A stretch of DNA of 64,000 nucleotides, from assembly GCA_963712745.1 (NCBI GenBank), contig CAVQJC010000020.1:384001-448000 (forward strand), given 5' to 3'. Made by a program: the position numbers and the translations under genes. The notes beneath the pieces were generated by a model. That model was given only the letters and a program-made list of their open reading frames with translations, ran no database searches and had not been told where the DNA came from. This DNA is from an uncultured Chloroflexia bacterium (lineage in GTDB: Bacteria; Chloroflexota; Limnocylindria; Limnocylindrales; CSP1-4). This document shows, piece by piece, positions 40,988-51,288 of the stretch (position 1 is its first letter; every line of letters starts with the position of its first letter).

Positions 40988-42472
40988 CTACTCCACGAGG
41001 CCGGCGGCGCGCAGCTTGAAGATGTAGTCGGTGTTCATGAGGGCCTCGATTGAACCCTCGTCGCCGTTGAGCGAGTAGTCGTAGGAGATGGCCTGGTCGA
41101 TCGTCATCTCGCTCTCGCTGGAGCTGCCGTTGATCGTGACAAGGCCCGTGGCCGAGTAGATGGTGCCGCGTGCGGCGAAGTCGGCAGAACCGCCGTTGAG
41201 CGTGATGGCGGTCGTCCGTGGCTTGCTCGGGCGGGGTGGTCCGGTCGTTGAAGAGGATGATGCCGTTGTAGACGGAATCGGGCGCTCATGTGGCGTCGAG
41301 GGGCAGGATCTCGAAGTTGGAGTCGCCGCCATTGAGCGCGATCGGTACCCACTTCTGGCTGGGGTGGTCCGTGTTGTAGAACATCACCCCACCGCGCGCG
41401 CTGTCGTCGGGGCCGAAAGCACCCCATTCATCGACGGTAAGCACGCTCGCATCGCCTCCTGCCGCCAGCCCGCCGCCGGCGATGTCGTAGATGCCGGGCA
41501 GCAGATGGAAAGTCGCGTCGTTGATGTCGAGGCCACCTGGATACAGGCCGGGTGACAGTTGCCAGGTGGTGCCCTCGTACTTCGCGTTCTGGAACGCACA
41601 CAGCTGCGGCTTCTCCCACGTGGGTGGCTTCTTCGAGGCGCCAGGGCAGCCGTCCGGGATGTCTTCGCTGGGGCCATCCACCTGCACCGGCGGGATCGGC
41701 CAGTGATGGTCGCTCGGGCGGGTCCAGCCAGGCGAGCGGATCGTCGAGGGGGAGCGCGCCCATGTTGTATTCGCACTCGATGGCACCGTCGTCCTCGTCG
41801 GGGATGATGCTGTTGGGCTTTGGGCCGACGACGTTGCAGGCATAGCCATTTGTGTCGACGTCGATGACCCGACTGTGCCGCCACCGCCAGATCGCAGGGC
41901 GCCTGCATCGCAGGTGGAGTTCACCTGGATGTCGCCGTAGGCCTCCACTCGGCCGGTGCCGGTCACCTTGAGCGCGTCACAGTCGGATGGGTTCAGCGAC
42001 AGCAGCGCAAAGTCGCCGCCGGCACCGTCGCCGTTGAGTGCCACCGCGCGAGCCCTCACGTTCCAGTTGGCGATGCCGGCCAGGCCGGCGAAGATGGACG
42101 GCCGGGTCGATGAGATCTGCACCTCGATGTAGCCGGGCCGCCGGGTGTTCGGCCCTGAGATCGGCGGGATGTATACCGCCACCGAAGCTGCGTCAACGCC
42201 GTCCGCAAACCCGTTCGCGGTAGCGATGTCGATGCGCCGCCGCGCGTGCGCTCATGCGTGCTCCGGTCGTGTTGCTGGTCAGGTACCGAGCCCCGGCGAG
42301 CGCGGCGGCGTCGGCCGCGTTCTGCTGGTCCCGTCGCTCCACGAAGCACAAGGCCTCCATCGAAGGCCAGCGCCGCAGCAAGCAGCACTGCCGTGATGCT
42401 CAGGGCGAAGACGGCGAGCGCCTGCCCGCGGGACGATCGGTCAGTGGTTGATGACAAGGGTCGACTCCGCAT
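40988..42472 (-). CDS. TadG-like large minor pilin, multiply frameshifted
   Basis: RGQALAVFAL, QNAADAAALAG, IQVNS, PGLYPGG, GTIYSA, AGLVE-stop. Confidence 0.78.
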
Positions 42473-42982
42473 TCATGGCGATCGAGGGAATGAGCTCGGT
42501 ATCGAACATCATCTTGATGATGGGGTCGTAGGAGTAGTATGCGTATACGGTCACGTAGTTGCCGCGGTAGTTGTCGCCCTGGACGACGCTCGTGTCGCCC
42601 GGTCGATCGGGCAACGAGGTGCTCAGCGCCGCGGTCCACATCGGCGTGGGCACGGTCAGGTCGCCGAGGCCGGCGATGCCGACGGCCGCGTTCTGAACTG
42701 CCGCGATGACGCCCTCGCCCGCGACGGTCTCACACGGATTGGTCGCGCCCTCGGGCATCGGGCCCTGGGGCAGCTCGATTGCGCACCATGGACGATGGCG
42801 TACCGTGCGCCCTCGCGGGTGGCGTTGTTCAGCGTCTCGAGGTTCAGCACGAAGCGTCCGGCCTCGAAGATGCCCACGAGCAGGATGAAGAGCAGCGGGG
42901 CCACGATGGCGAACTCGACAAGGGCCTGGCCGCGTGAGCGAGCGGACGCGGGGCTTGCGGACGGCAGCAGATGCGGTTTCAC
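42441..42982 (-). CDS. TadE-like minor pilin, frameshifted
   Basis: [13 protein letters not shown]...NNATREGARYA. Confidence 0.85.
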
Positions 42983-43619
42983 GTCGGGTCCACCGAGAAG
43001 TCGGAGATGGCGAAGATGGAAGAGCGGGTGAATGTCACATCCTGGGGCAGGCCCAGGCGCGCGCCACCGATGTCCACGCCGAGCGGCAGGATCACATCGA
43101 ACGTGTAGGTCAGGTCCACCTTGACACGGCAGGGCCCAAGGTCCACCTCGCCGGCCTTGCGCACAGCCTGGTCGCAGTTCGTCTTGAGCGTGCCATCGGC
43201 CGCGATGGCTGAGTTGCCGTTCTCATCGATGAGGTCGATGGAGATGGCGGGGTTCGTGCACTCTGTCGTCGTACCCACGAAATCGGTCAGGTTCCGACTG
43301 GCGATGCAGGCACGTGCCTTCATGCCCGCCTCGGTCTTGAAGCGCGCCGAGTCACCGTCGGCCAGGTTGCCAGACCAGTTGCTCGATTGCCAGGCTCCGT
43401 AGTCGGCCGCCTCGCGGGCCGCGAATTCGACGGCCATCATCGAGGTGAACACCCTGGAGAAGTCCAGGATCGCGACGAGCATGAACGCGAGGATGGGCAG
43501 GATCAGCGCGAACTCGGCGAGGGCCTGACCGTTCCGACGCTCATGCTCGCGTACTGGCCAGGGCGATCGGGCGGGGCCGTTTGGGCGTAGCCTCAGCCGC
43601 AGTGCAGCGATACTCGCAC
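42979..43619 (-). CDS. TadE-like minor pilin (start uncertain)
   Basis: GQALAEFALILP...DFSR...AAREAADYG. Confidence 0.82.
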
Positions 43620-43716
43620 CCCCTCGGTATCGCTCGGAGCCGGAGGGTCGCCCCGGGCGTACTAGTACGTTGTGGCTATTTCACCACCGGACCAGCGTAC
43701 TACTGGGGAGCGCAAC

Positions 43717-43749
43717 GAAGATGGCACCGCCACCGAAGGTGGTGCCTTC
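43717..43749 (-). terminator. Hairpin after the TadG-like gene
   Basis: GGCACCACC-TTCGGT-GGCGGTGCC on the minus strand, just past the stop at 43773. Confidence 0.55.
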
Positions 43750-43772
43750 TGACACAGCCGAGACGGACCGCG

Positions 43773-44867
43773 TCAGCGGCGGAGCTGGACCTCGCCGGTG
43801 ACATCGATCTTGAACGCGCCGCCCGGTCCCTTGCAGTACTTCTGACCGTCGACGGCACACCAGGGCGCCTCGACGCTGGCGCCCTTCAGCCACTTGGCGT
43901 GCTGCGAACCGTCCTCGTCGATGAACACGATGGCCCCGAAGCCGACGATGTCGTAGTAGGCCTTGGAACCGGTGCCCTGCAGACCGCCGGTGTAGATGGG
44001 CACCCACACGGGCAGCTCGTTGTCGATGTAGAAGCTGAGGTCAGCCCATTCGTTCCCGGTGAGCGCCCCGATCTTGTTCTCGTTGGTCTCGCCGTTGGGA
44101 CCAGGCTCGTCGACCGGACCGCAGCAACCGTGGTCTTCGGAGGGCGGCCCGATCAGCGAGTCGAGGAACGGCTGGTTGACCTCGCAGCCGCTGTTCGGGT
44201 CCATGCGCAGGCTGTAGGACCAGTCGCACTTGCCGCCGCTCCCGTTAAGCCCGAACGAGAGCCAGCCGAAGGAGCCGGGTCCGATCTGGTGGCCCGGTGT
44301 CAGTGGCTGGCGGATGCAGCTGTGGAGCACCTTGGGGTCGCAGCTCGCCAGGGCATTGAAGAAGACGTCCTCGATGCCGATGGGCAGGACACCGCCGCCC
44401 TTGCTCTGGCCTGGTGTCATGGCCGTGGCCGACGCGCCAGCGACCCAATCGGCGACACCGATGATGCCCAGCAGGAACGGCTCCCAGTCGGCCTTCGCCT
44501 TCACGACGACACCGAAGGCAGCGTCAGGGATGCGGGAGGCGCCGACGACGGGCCCGAGCGCAGCCCCGGTCTCGTCCACGTACTCGGCCTCCACGAGGGT
44601 GGCGTCGTTGGCAGCCAGAGTGGTGAGGATGGCGTTCTCGACGTTGCCTGCCGTGCCCGTTCCGAAGGGCCGGCCGGTGAGCGACTGGCCGATGATGCGG
44701 GTGCCGGCCATGGCCGCGAAATCGGCCGCGTTCTGGGCCTGTCGACGCTGGGCGTAGGCGTATCCGCCATCGACCACGACGGCGGCACCAAGCACGATAG
44801 CGGTGAGGGCCAGCGCGAAGAGGGTGAGTGCCTGGCCACGCTGTGGGTCGCGGTAGGCTGCCTGCAT
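43773..44867 (-). CDS. TadG-like minor pilin
   Basis: RGQALTLFAL, QNAADFAAMAG, PGSFGWL, YYDIVGF. Confidence 0.88.
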   Translation of the reverse strand: MQAAYRDPQRGQALTLFALALTAIVLGAAVVVDGGYAYAQRRQAQNAADFAAMAGTRIIGQSLTGRPFGTGTAGNVENAILTTLAANDATLVEAEYVDETGAALGPVVGASRIPDAAFGVVVKAKADWEPFLLGIIGVADWVAGASATAMTPGQSKGGGVLPIGIEDVFFNALASCDPKVLHSCIRQPLTPGHQIGPGSFGWLSFGLNGSGGKCDWSYSLRMDPNSGCEVNQPFLDSLIGPPSEDHGCCGPVDEPGPNGETNENKIGALTGNEWADLSFYIDNELPVWVPIYTGGLQGTGSKAYYDIVGFGAIVFIDEDGSQHAKWLKGASVEAPWCAVDGQKYCKGPGGAFKIDVTGEVQLRR

Positions 44868-44877
44868 GGCTGGACTC

Positions 44878-45463
44878 CTAGTTGATGATCATCGTGGCGG
44901 ACGCACTCAGGGGCACCGTCCCGATGAATGTCTGCAGCAAGGGCGTGAAGGTCTGGTAGTCGTACTCGACCCGTACCGACACGACGTCGCCGGTGGAGCC
45001 GAGCGCGTTGCCCAGCCCATCCGCGCAGCGGTTGCCGTCACCATCGATATCGTCCGTCCACGCGCCATCCGGAGTCGGGTCGTACAGGCTGTCCTCGTTG
45101 CAGCTGACATATACGTCGGAGATCGGACCCAGCCCGACCGTCATGCCGTTGACCGCGCTCTCGATATGTGACTTGAAGGCGTTCACGTCGGTGGGGCAGA
45201 CATGCGCCCCGGGGCGTGAGGTCGTGATCTGGCTCTCGTCGGGGACGCAGGCGGGTGCCGAGATCGACGATCCAACTGGCCTCGGCCGCCGCCACCCGGG
45301 CGCCCTCGCGCGCCGCCTGCGAGATGGTGGCGTTGGTGTACACCAGGCGACCGATGTCGAAGAGCCCGAAGATGATCAGCAGGAAGACGGGCATTACCAC
45401 AGCGAACTCGACGAGCGTCTGGCCTTGCTGGTCCGCGCCTCGGTCCAGCCGCAGCACCGACAT
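44878..45463 (-). CDS. TadE-like minor pilin, frameshifted
   Basis: GQTLVEFAVVMP...AAREGARVAA; GDVVSVRVEYDY. Confidence 0.85.
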
Positions 45464-46389
45464 CAGTTGTTGCTCACGATCATGTTCGACGAACAGAGCA
45501 CGCTGGTACCGGCGGGGAGCGTCTGGTTCTGGATCTTCTTGTTGTCGCTGTTGTTGGTCAAGGTGCCCGTGAAGCCGGCATCGACGTGCCAGATCGTGAG
45601 GGCATCGATGTCATTCCAGTACGTGTGGTAGTAGTCGGGAACCACGCAGGTCGGCGGCGGCGTGGGCGTGGGGGTCGGTGTCGGCGTCGGTGTCGGCGTC
45701 GGGGTGGGTGATGGCGACGGAGTCGGGTCGTCGTCATCCGGGGTCGCTGTGGGAGTCGCGGTCGGCGTTGGCGTCGGAGTGGGGGTGGGGGTCGGGGTCG
45801 GCGAGGCGATGGGCACGGGCGTGGCGGCGGACAGGATGGTCACATCCGGGGGATTGAGGACGGGCCCGGTGGCGGAGGCCGTCAGCGTGACCTGACCACC
45901 GAAGAGGTCACCCACGATGGGCGTCAGGAACGAGAAAGGCTGGCTCACCTCCACGCTGACCTGGTTACCGATGCCCACCGCGAAGTCCGCGGCCTTGTCG
46001 CAGTCGATGGCCTTGGAGGCGGCCGGTGACCAGCAGGCAGGTGCGTTGACCAGGAGCGTTCCCTCACCACCCTGCAGCTGGACGTTGGCCTCACGCTCGG
46101 CGGCCGCAGCCGCCGCGGCCTCGAAGGCATCGACATCGAAGGTGGAATCGGATGCGTGCACGCTGGCGTAGTAGGTGGCCTCGCGCGCCGCGTTGTTGAC
46201 GGCGATGTAGGTGAAGAAGAGACGCCCGAAGTCGACGGCCAGCAGCAGCAGCACGAGCATCACCGGTAGCACGAGGGCGAACTCCACGAGCGCCTGCCCC
46301 GGAGCACCCTGGCCTCGAGACGGTGAGGCCGATTTCGGACCTCTTGGGGTATGACCAGAAGGCAGTCTCAACGATCGACTCCACAGCAC
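45463..46389 (-). CDS. TadE-like pilin with Pro/Thr linker and PASTA-like C-terminus (start uncertain)
   Basis: [12 protein letters not shown], (PT)n tract, CVVPD...QTLPAG. Confidence 0.85.
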   Translation of the reverse strand: MLWSRSLRLPSGHTPRGPKSASPSRGQGAPGQALVEFALVLPVMLVLLLLAVDFGRLFFTYIAVNNAAREATYYASVHASDSTFDVDAFEAAAAAAAEREANVQLQGGEGTLLVNAPACWSPAASKAIDCDKAADFAVGIGNQVSVEVSQPFSFLTPIVGDLFGGQVTLTASATGPVLNPPDVTILSAATPVPIASPTPTPTPTPTPTPTATPTATPDDDDPTPSPSPTPTPTPTPTPTPTPTPPPTCVVPDYYHTYWNDIDALTIWHVDAGFTGTLTNNSDNKKIQNQTLPAGTSVLCSSNMIVSNN

Positions 46390-46613
46390 GAGTTCGATAC
46401 ACCCACCGATGCTCGGAGTCGCAGGCTGGGTGACCGTATGCCGCTGATGCTATGGGGCTCACGAGAGGATGGCGCCCGTGAATTACGGTCCACCGCTCCC
46501 CGTACTTGTGCCGACCCGGACACGCCCAGAGTCCATCGCACCGCACCAGAGTCCACCCATCCCGGCAGGCGCGGATAGGCGACGCGCTTGGCGGCCGCAG
46601 CGATGATGCCGGT

Positions 46614-47198
46614 TCAGCGGTCCTCGTAACGCAAGCCGGCCGCGACCCGCTCGGCCGTCTCGGCCACGCGTACGGCGCGCGTGGACTCACGCTTGGCCGT
46701 GACGACCCACAGCAGATAGGCGCGCTTGGCGGTCGGCGCGAACCGCTCCCACTGCGTCCAGGTCTCCGCCCGCTCGCTGAACGCCGCCGCCAGATCGTGG
46801 GGCACGATGAGCGCTTCCACCGGTTCGAGGGTGCTCCAGGACCCATCGGCCTTGGCGGCGGTAATCGCGGCCCGGCCGGCCTCGGTCATGCGGCCCTCGG
46901 CCTCCAGGCGCTCCACGCGCGCCTTGTTCGTGCGCGCCCACAGGCTGCCCTTGCGGCGCGGCGACCACCAGAGCATGCCGCGCTCGTCATCAAGACTGCG
47001 GTAGGTGCTGTCGATCCAGCCGAAGCAGAGCGCCTCGCAGACCGCCTCCTCGTAGGCGATGGCCGGCTTGCCGGTGCGCGGCTTGTACGAGACCAGCCAC
47101 ACACCCTCACGCCGGCCGTGATGCTCGAGGAGCCAATCGTGCCACTCGGCCGCAGTGGAGAGGTGGAGCCGCTCGGCCTCGTCCATGACGGTGCCCAT
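46614..47198 (-). CDS. YdeI/OmpD-associated family protein
   Basis: EAVCEALCFGWIDS, PRRKGSLW, VPHDL, AKRESTR. Confidence 0.9.
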   Translation of the reverse strand: MGTVMDEAERLHLSTAAEWHDWLLEHHGRREGVWLVSYKPRTGKPAIAYEEAVCEALCFGWIDSTYRSLDDERGMLWWSPRRKGSLWARTNKARVERLEAEGRMTEAGRAAITAAKADGSWSTLEPVEALIVPHDLAAAFSERAETWTQWERFAPTAKRAYLLWVVTAKRESTRAVRVAETAERVAAGLRYEDR

Positions 47199-47202
47199 GC
47201 GC

Positions 47203-48026
47203 TCAGCCGCCGGTCGGGGCCGCCACCGCGCGTCCCTCGCCCCACACCTCCGGCCCACAGATGAACGTCTCCGTCTCCGGTCGGGTGCGTGAGGCCCAGT
47301 CGTCGAGATCGGCGGCGGAGGCCGGCAGGCGGCCGTCGAGCAGGGCCAGTTCGATCCACTCGGCCACGTCGGACAGGCGCTCCCAGGGTTCGTAGGCGAT
47401 GTTCTCGACCTCGCACCAGCCGGCCAGCGAACTCTTGGCGAAGATGATGTCGGCGTGATGGGCAGCGTAGCGGTCACTGGGACCGTCGCCTACGAACACC
47501 ACGGCCCGCCCGGCGTCGCGGTGCACGCGGATCCGCTCCCGCTTGCAGGTGCCACAGACGAGGCAGGCGGGGTGCCCGTAGGGGAAGCTCACGCCAGCCC
47601 CACCCTCTCCCAGGACGGAGGCGTTGGTGGCGATGGGCAGGTCGGGCACCGGCAGCCGTGACGAGCATCCGCCCGACGTGGAATCCGACGCCGTCGCTGA
47701 CGACCTCGATCGCCCCGCCGGCAGCGCGGACGACCGCGACCAGCTCCGAGAGGCTCTCATCGAGCGCCAAGGCGTCGACCTCGCTGCAGCAGCAGCTGCG
47801 GATCGCGCGGCAACACCTCCATGTCCCAGCTGATGAGCTCGCGCGAGCCCTTGCTGCCATCGACGTAGAGCTCGTCCATGTGGCGCACCAGCGCCTGGTC
47901 CTCGACGAGCTTCTGGAGCAGGGCGTCGCCCACGTCCTGGAGGCTGATGGTGCCGTCGAAATCGAGCAGCACGCTGAGCGGTGCGCCGGCGGCGTCGAAC
48001 GCGGGCTGCTGGGAAGCGTGGCTCAT
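47203..48026 (-). CDS. HAD-IB phosphatase (MtnX-like), frameshifted
   Basis: LLDFDGTI, VVSDG, CGTCK, VGDGPSD. Confidence 0.85.
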
Positions 48027-48045
48027 GTGGCTCCCGACACGACGA

Positions 48046-48067
48046 AGCCGGGCCGCCCGGCCCGGCT
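48046..48067 (-). terminator. GC hairpin
   Basis: AGCCGGGCCG-CC-CGGCCCGGCT downstream of the small gene. Confidence 0.55.
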
Positions 48068-48087
48068 CACCGTTGACGTGGCAGAGG

Positions 48088-48249
48088 CTAGACGCCGGCC
48101 TCCTGCTCCAGCTCGAGCGCTTCCTCGTCTGCCTCCTCGGTCAGCTTCAACCAGATGAAGAGTCCGGCCAGGATGACCAGTGGCACGATGACGGCCGCGG
48201 CGATGAGCACGCCGAGCACCGCTCCGATGAACTTGATGATGCTGCCCAT
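48088..48249 (-). CDS. Small membrane protein (53 aa)
   Basis: GAGGAGG RBS; long hydrophobic stretch plus acidic tail. Confidence 0.7.
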   Translation of the reverse strand: MGSIIKFIGAVLGVLIAAAVIVPLVILAGLFIWLKLTEEADEEALELEQEAGV

Positions 48250-48414
48250 GGATCGACCTCCTCGAACGGCACGCCCTCCTCGTGCTGGCCGTGCCCGTGT
48301 GCGCTGTTCGTGTCCCCTGACGATGGCACGGGTGCCCGCATCGTGCAAGTGCCGTTCGGGTGCCCGATGGGATCGAGACCGGCGGCCCGCCGCCGGAGCG
48401 GCCGTGGCTGCGGG

Positions 48415-48955
48415 CTAGGCGGGCGACTGCGGAGGGGCAGCCGGGGCTGTGGGCGCGTCCTCACCGCGCAGGCCGGGGCCCTGGCGGACCATGCCCTCCA
48501 GGTCGTCGGACGTGAACTCGGCGAGCTGGTGCTTGCTGCCCTGGCGGGTGTTCATCAGCAGGCGCAGGACGTAGGCACCGTCCTGCTCGAAGAAGAACAC
48601 GTCCTTGGGCTTCTGGTCGTCGATGTAGCGGCCGATGACTCGCATCGTGCGCTCGTAGGGACCGGCCATGCGGCGAGCCATCGTTCTGGGGGCCGTTGCG
48701 ACGGCGGGCCTGCGAGTCCTCGAGGAAACGAGCGATGTCCTCGTCAAGGAACGTGTAGGTCTCCTTGGTGATGGTCATCGTCGGGTCGGACCACGCGGAT
48801 GAGTCCAGCGTCGTGCCCACGATGCCCTGGACGATGAAACCGTCGGGTGCTTCCGCCAGCAGGATCTCGTGCAGGCCGCGCTGGTCGATGAAGGCGCCGA
48901 TCGAACGCAAGACCTCCTCATAGTCCTGGCGCGGACTGCCTTCGTAGATACGCAT
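48415..48955 (-). CDS. Hypothetical protein with internal domain duplication, frameshifted
   Basis: YEEVLRSIGAFID versus YERTMRVIGRYID; GGAGG RBS. Confidence 0.75.
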
Positions 48956-49121
48956 CGAGGGCCTCCGTGGATCTCCCCAAGTCTTCGATTTCGAGTCCCA
49001 ATCGAGAGCGCAGGCGCACGGCACCCGAGGAACGGATGGCCTGACGATAGACCGGTGGCTCGCCGATGGCAATGAACGACCGGCGGTCGGGTACCGGTAC
49101 TGAGGTCCGGGTAGGCTGGAG

Positions 49122-50040
49122 CTACCCGTATGCAGCGAGGGCCACGGCGATCCGTCCGGCCAGCGCCGCGTCCCGCCGGATGATCTCAAGGTTGGCGCGC
49201 ACGCTGCGCCCCTCGGTGATCTCAGCCACGCGCGCCAGCACGTACGGCGTGCTGGCCGGTCCGTGGATGCCGGCCGCGTGCGCATCTGCCTCCGCCTGCT
49301 CCACGGCTGCCGCGACCTCCGCGGCCGGCAGGGCGACATCCGCGGGCAGCGGCAGCGTCACGAGCACACCCGTGTCCAGGCCCAGGCGGCGCTGGTTGTC
49401 GATGAGGGCGGCGGCCGCGGCCGCGTCATCGACCCGCAGGGGAGCCCGATGGCCGCTGCTGCGGCTGTAGAACCCCGCCACCTCGTCGCTGCCGAAGGCG
49501 ACCACGGGCACGCCCCTGCGTCTCGAGGGCCTCGAGCGTGCGACCCACGTCGAGGATGGACTTGGGACCCGCGCACACGACTGCGACCGGCGTGCGGCCC
49601 AGCTCGCCGAGATCGGCACTGATGTCCATCGACGACTCTCCTCCCCGGTGCACGCCGCCGATGCCGCCGGTAGCGAAGACGCCGATGCCGGCCCGGTGGG
49701 CAGCGATCATGGTGGCCGACACGGTGGTGCCACCCCAGCCCGGATGCGCCAGCACGCCGGCCAGGTTCTGGCGCGAGACCTTGGGGATGTTCTCGGCTTC
49801 GGCCAGCTGGGCAAGGTCATGGTCGTCGAGACCGATGAGGATGCGGCCGTCATGGGTCGCGACCGTGGCCGGTACGGCACCGGACTCGCGCACGGCCTGC
49901 TCCGCCCTGCGGGCAGCCAAGAGATTGTCGGGGCGCGGCAGACCGTGGGTCGTGATGGTCGATTCGAGGGCCACCACGGCACGTCCTTCGTCCAGCGCAG
50001 CCCGGACCTCGGGCTGGAAGCGGAGCAGCTCGTCGTTCAT
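49122..50040 (-). CDS. psuG: Pseudouridine-5'-phosphate glycosidase (frameshift near 49515)
   Basis: VALESTITTHG, TTVSATM, FATGGIGGVHR, DISADL. Confidence 0.93.
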
Positions 50041-50064
50041 CGAAGCAAGCCTAGCCCGTGCCAC

Positions 50065-51009
50065 TCAGCCGAGCCGCAGCTCGGGACGGCCGCGGCGGAG
50101 CGCCTCGCCGGCGGCGCGGTGGCCGGCCATGGCCGCCCGTCGCAGCGCGACCACACTGCCCGTAGCCTCACGCCCACCAGAGCGCAGCAGGGAGTAGAGG
50201 AACCCCGCCGCGAAGGCATCGCCTGCACCGGTCGTGTCGATCCGCTGGCCCACGCGGGTGGCCGCCACGTCCACCTGGCGGGTGGCGCCACCGTCTTGCC
50301 ACAGGACGCGGCAGCCCCAGACGCCGTCCTTGACTACGGCCAGCGGCGCCTGGCCGAGCAGCCTGGCCCACGAGCGGCGACCGTTGCGGCGGAGCAGTGC
50401 GGCGGCCTCGTCCCGGTTGGCGAAGAGGATCCGGGGTTGAAGGTCGGCGATGCGCGCACGCGACCGGCGCACGCCGTAGGTCAGCAGCGGGCCTTGCGAG
50501 GAGAGGTCGGAGCTGATGAGCGCTCCGGCCTCGCGGGCCAGCCTCGACGCCTCCACCGCGGCTTCCCCGATGGGCTCCGCGAAGAGCGAGTAGGCCGGCA
50601 CGTGCAGCACGTCGGCGCGGCCGAACCAGGATGCCTCGAGCTCGGCCGCGGTGAGCAGGTCGGCGGCCCCGCGCTCGGTCACGAACGAGCGCTCGCCCCG
50701 ATCATCGATGAAGGCCGCGAGGCGGCCGCTGGGGCCGGGGTGGCGGGCAGCGTGCACCTGCACCCCGTCGGCGCGCAGCGAGGCGAGCAGGCGGCTGGCC
50801 CAGGTGTCATCGCCCAGGCTGGTGACGAGGGCAGCGGACCCGCCCGCGCGCACGAACGCCGCGGCCGTGTTGGCTGCCGAGCCGCCACGCCGAAAGGCCA
50901 GCGTGCCGGGCACGTCGGTGCCCCGCTCGAGCGGGCGCTCGGGAGAGACGACCACGTCCAGCAGAAGGTCGCCGAGGGCCACGAGTCGGGGTCGCTGGGA
51001 CGGGCTCAC
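50065..51009 (-). CDS. PfkB-family kinase (likely pseudouridine kinase by context)
   Basis: GGSAAN, DTTGAGDAF; adjacent to psuG. Confidence 0.88.
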   Translation of the reverse strand: MSPSQRPRLVALGDLLLDVVVSPERPLERGTDVPGTLAFRRGGSAANTAAAFVRAGGSAALVTSLGDDTWASRLLASLRADGVQVHAARHPGPSGRLAAFIDDRGERSFVTERGAADLLTAAELEASWFGRADVLHVPAYSLFAEPIGEAAVEASRLAREAGALISSDLSSQGPLLTYGVRRSRARIADLQPRILFANRDEAAALLRRNGRRSWARLLGQAPLAVVKDGVWGCRVLWQDGGATRQVDVAATRVGQRIDTTGAGDAFAAGFLYSLLRSGGREATGSVVALRRAAMAGHRAAGEALRRGRPELRLG

Positions 51010-51062
51010 AGGCGCGCAGCATACGCGCCCCGCTGGCGGAACGGCCGCGCGCAGGCGCCATC

Positions 51063-51110
51063 TCTGGCCACGCCCCCGGTCATCTGGCCACGCCCCCGGT
51101 CATCTGGCCA
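51063..51110. repeat. 20-bp tandem repeat, about 2.4 copies
   Basis: TCTGGCCACGCCCCCGGTCA units. Confidence 0.85.
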
Positions 51111-51288
51111 AGCCTGGTGCAGATGTGTTCGCGTCGTGGGTTGCGGCAGGGTCCGGTCGGCGGTGCTCGCCAGTAGAATAGGGTCAGACCCCACCTGAGC
51201 CCAGCCCGACGGCTACGCCCGTTCGGACCCACGTCAGACCCGCGCGGCCGACCCGCTGCCCGGTCCTGAGCTTCGAGGAGCACGATCT

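Noticed and set aside
45655-45810. GGCGTC/GGGGTC-like repeats as a DNA element
   Set aside because: Explained by the Pro-Thr linker codons of the TadE protein
34212-46389. Diversity-generating retroelement or invertible shufflon acting on the pilins
   Set aside because: No reverse transcriptase, recombinase, near-identical TR/VR pair or inverted cassettes seen; all pieces are co-oriented
46390-46560. c-di-GMP riboswitch upstream of the pilin cassette
   Set aside because: Only partial resemblance (GGGCGCC...GAGCC); conserved class I/II motifs not found by eye
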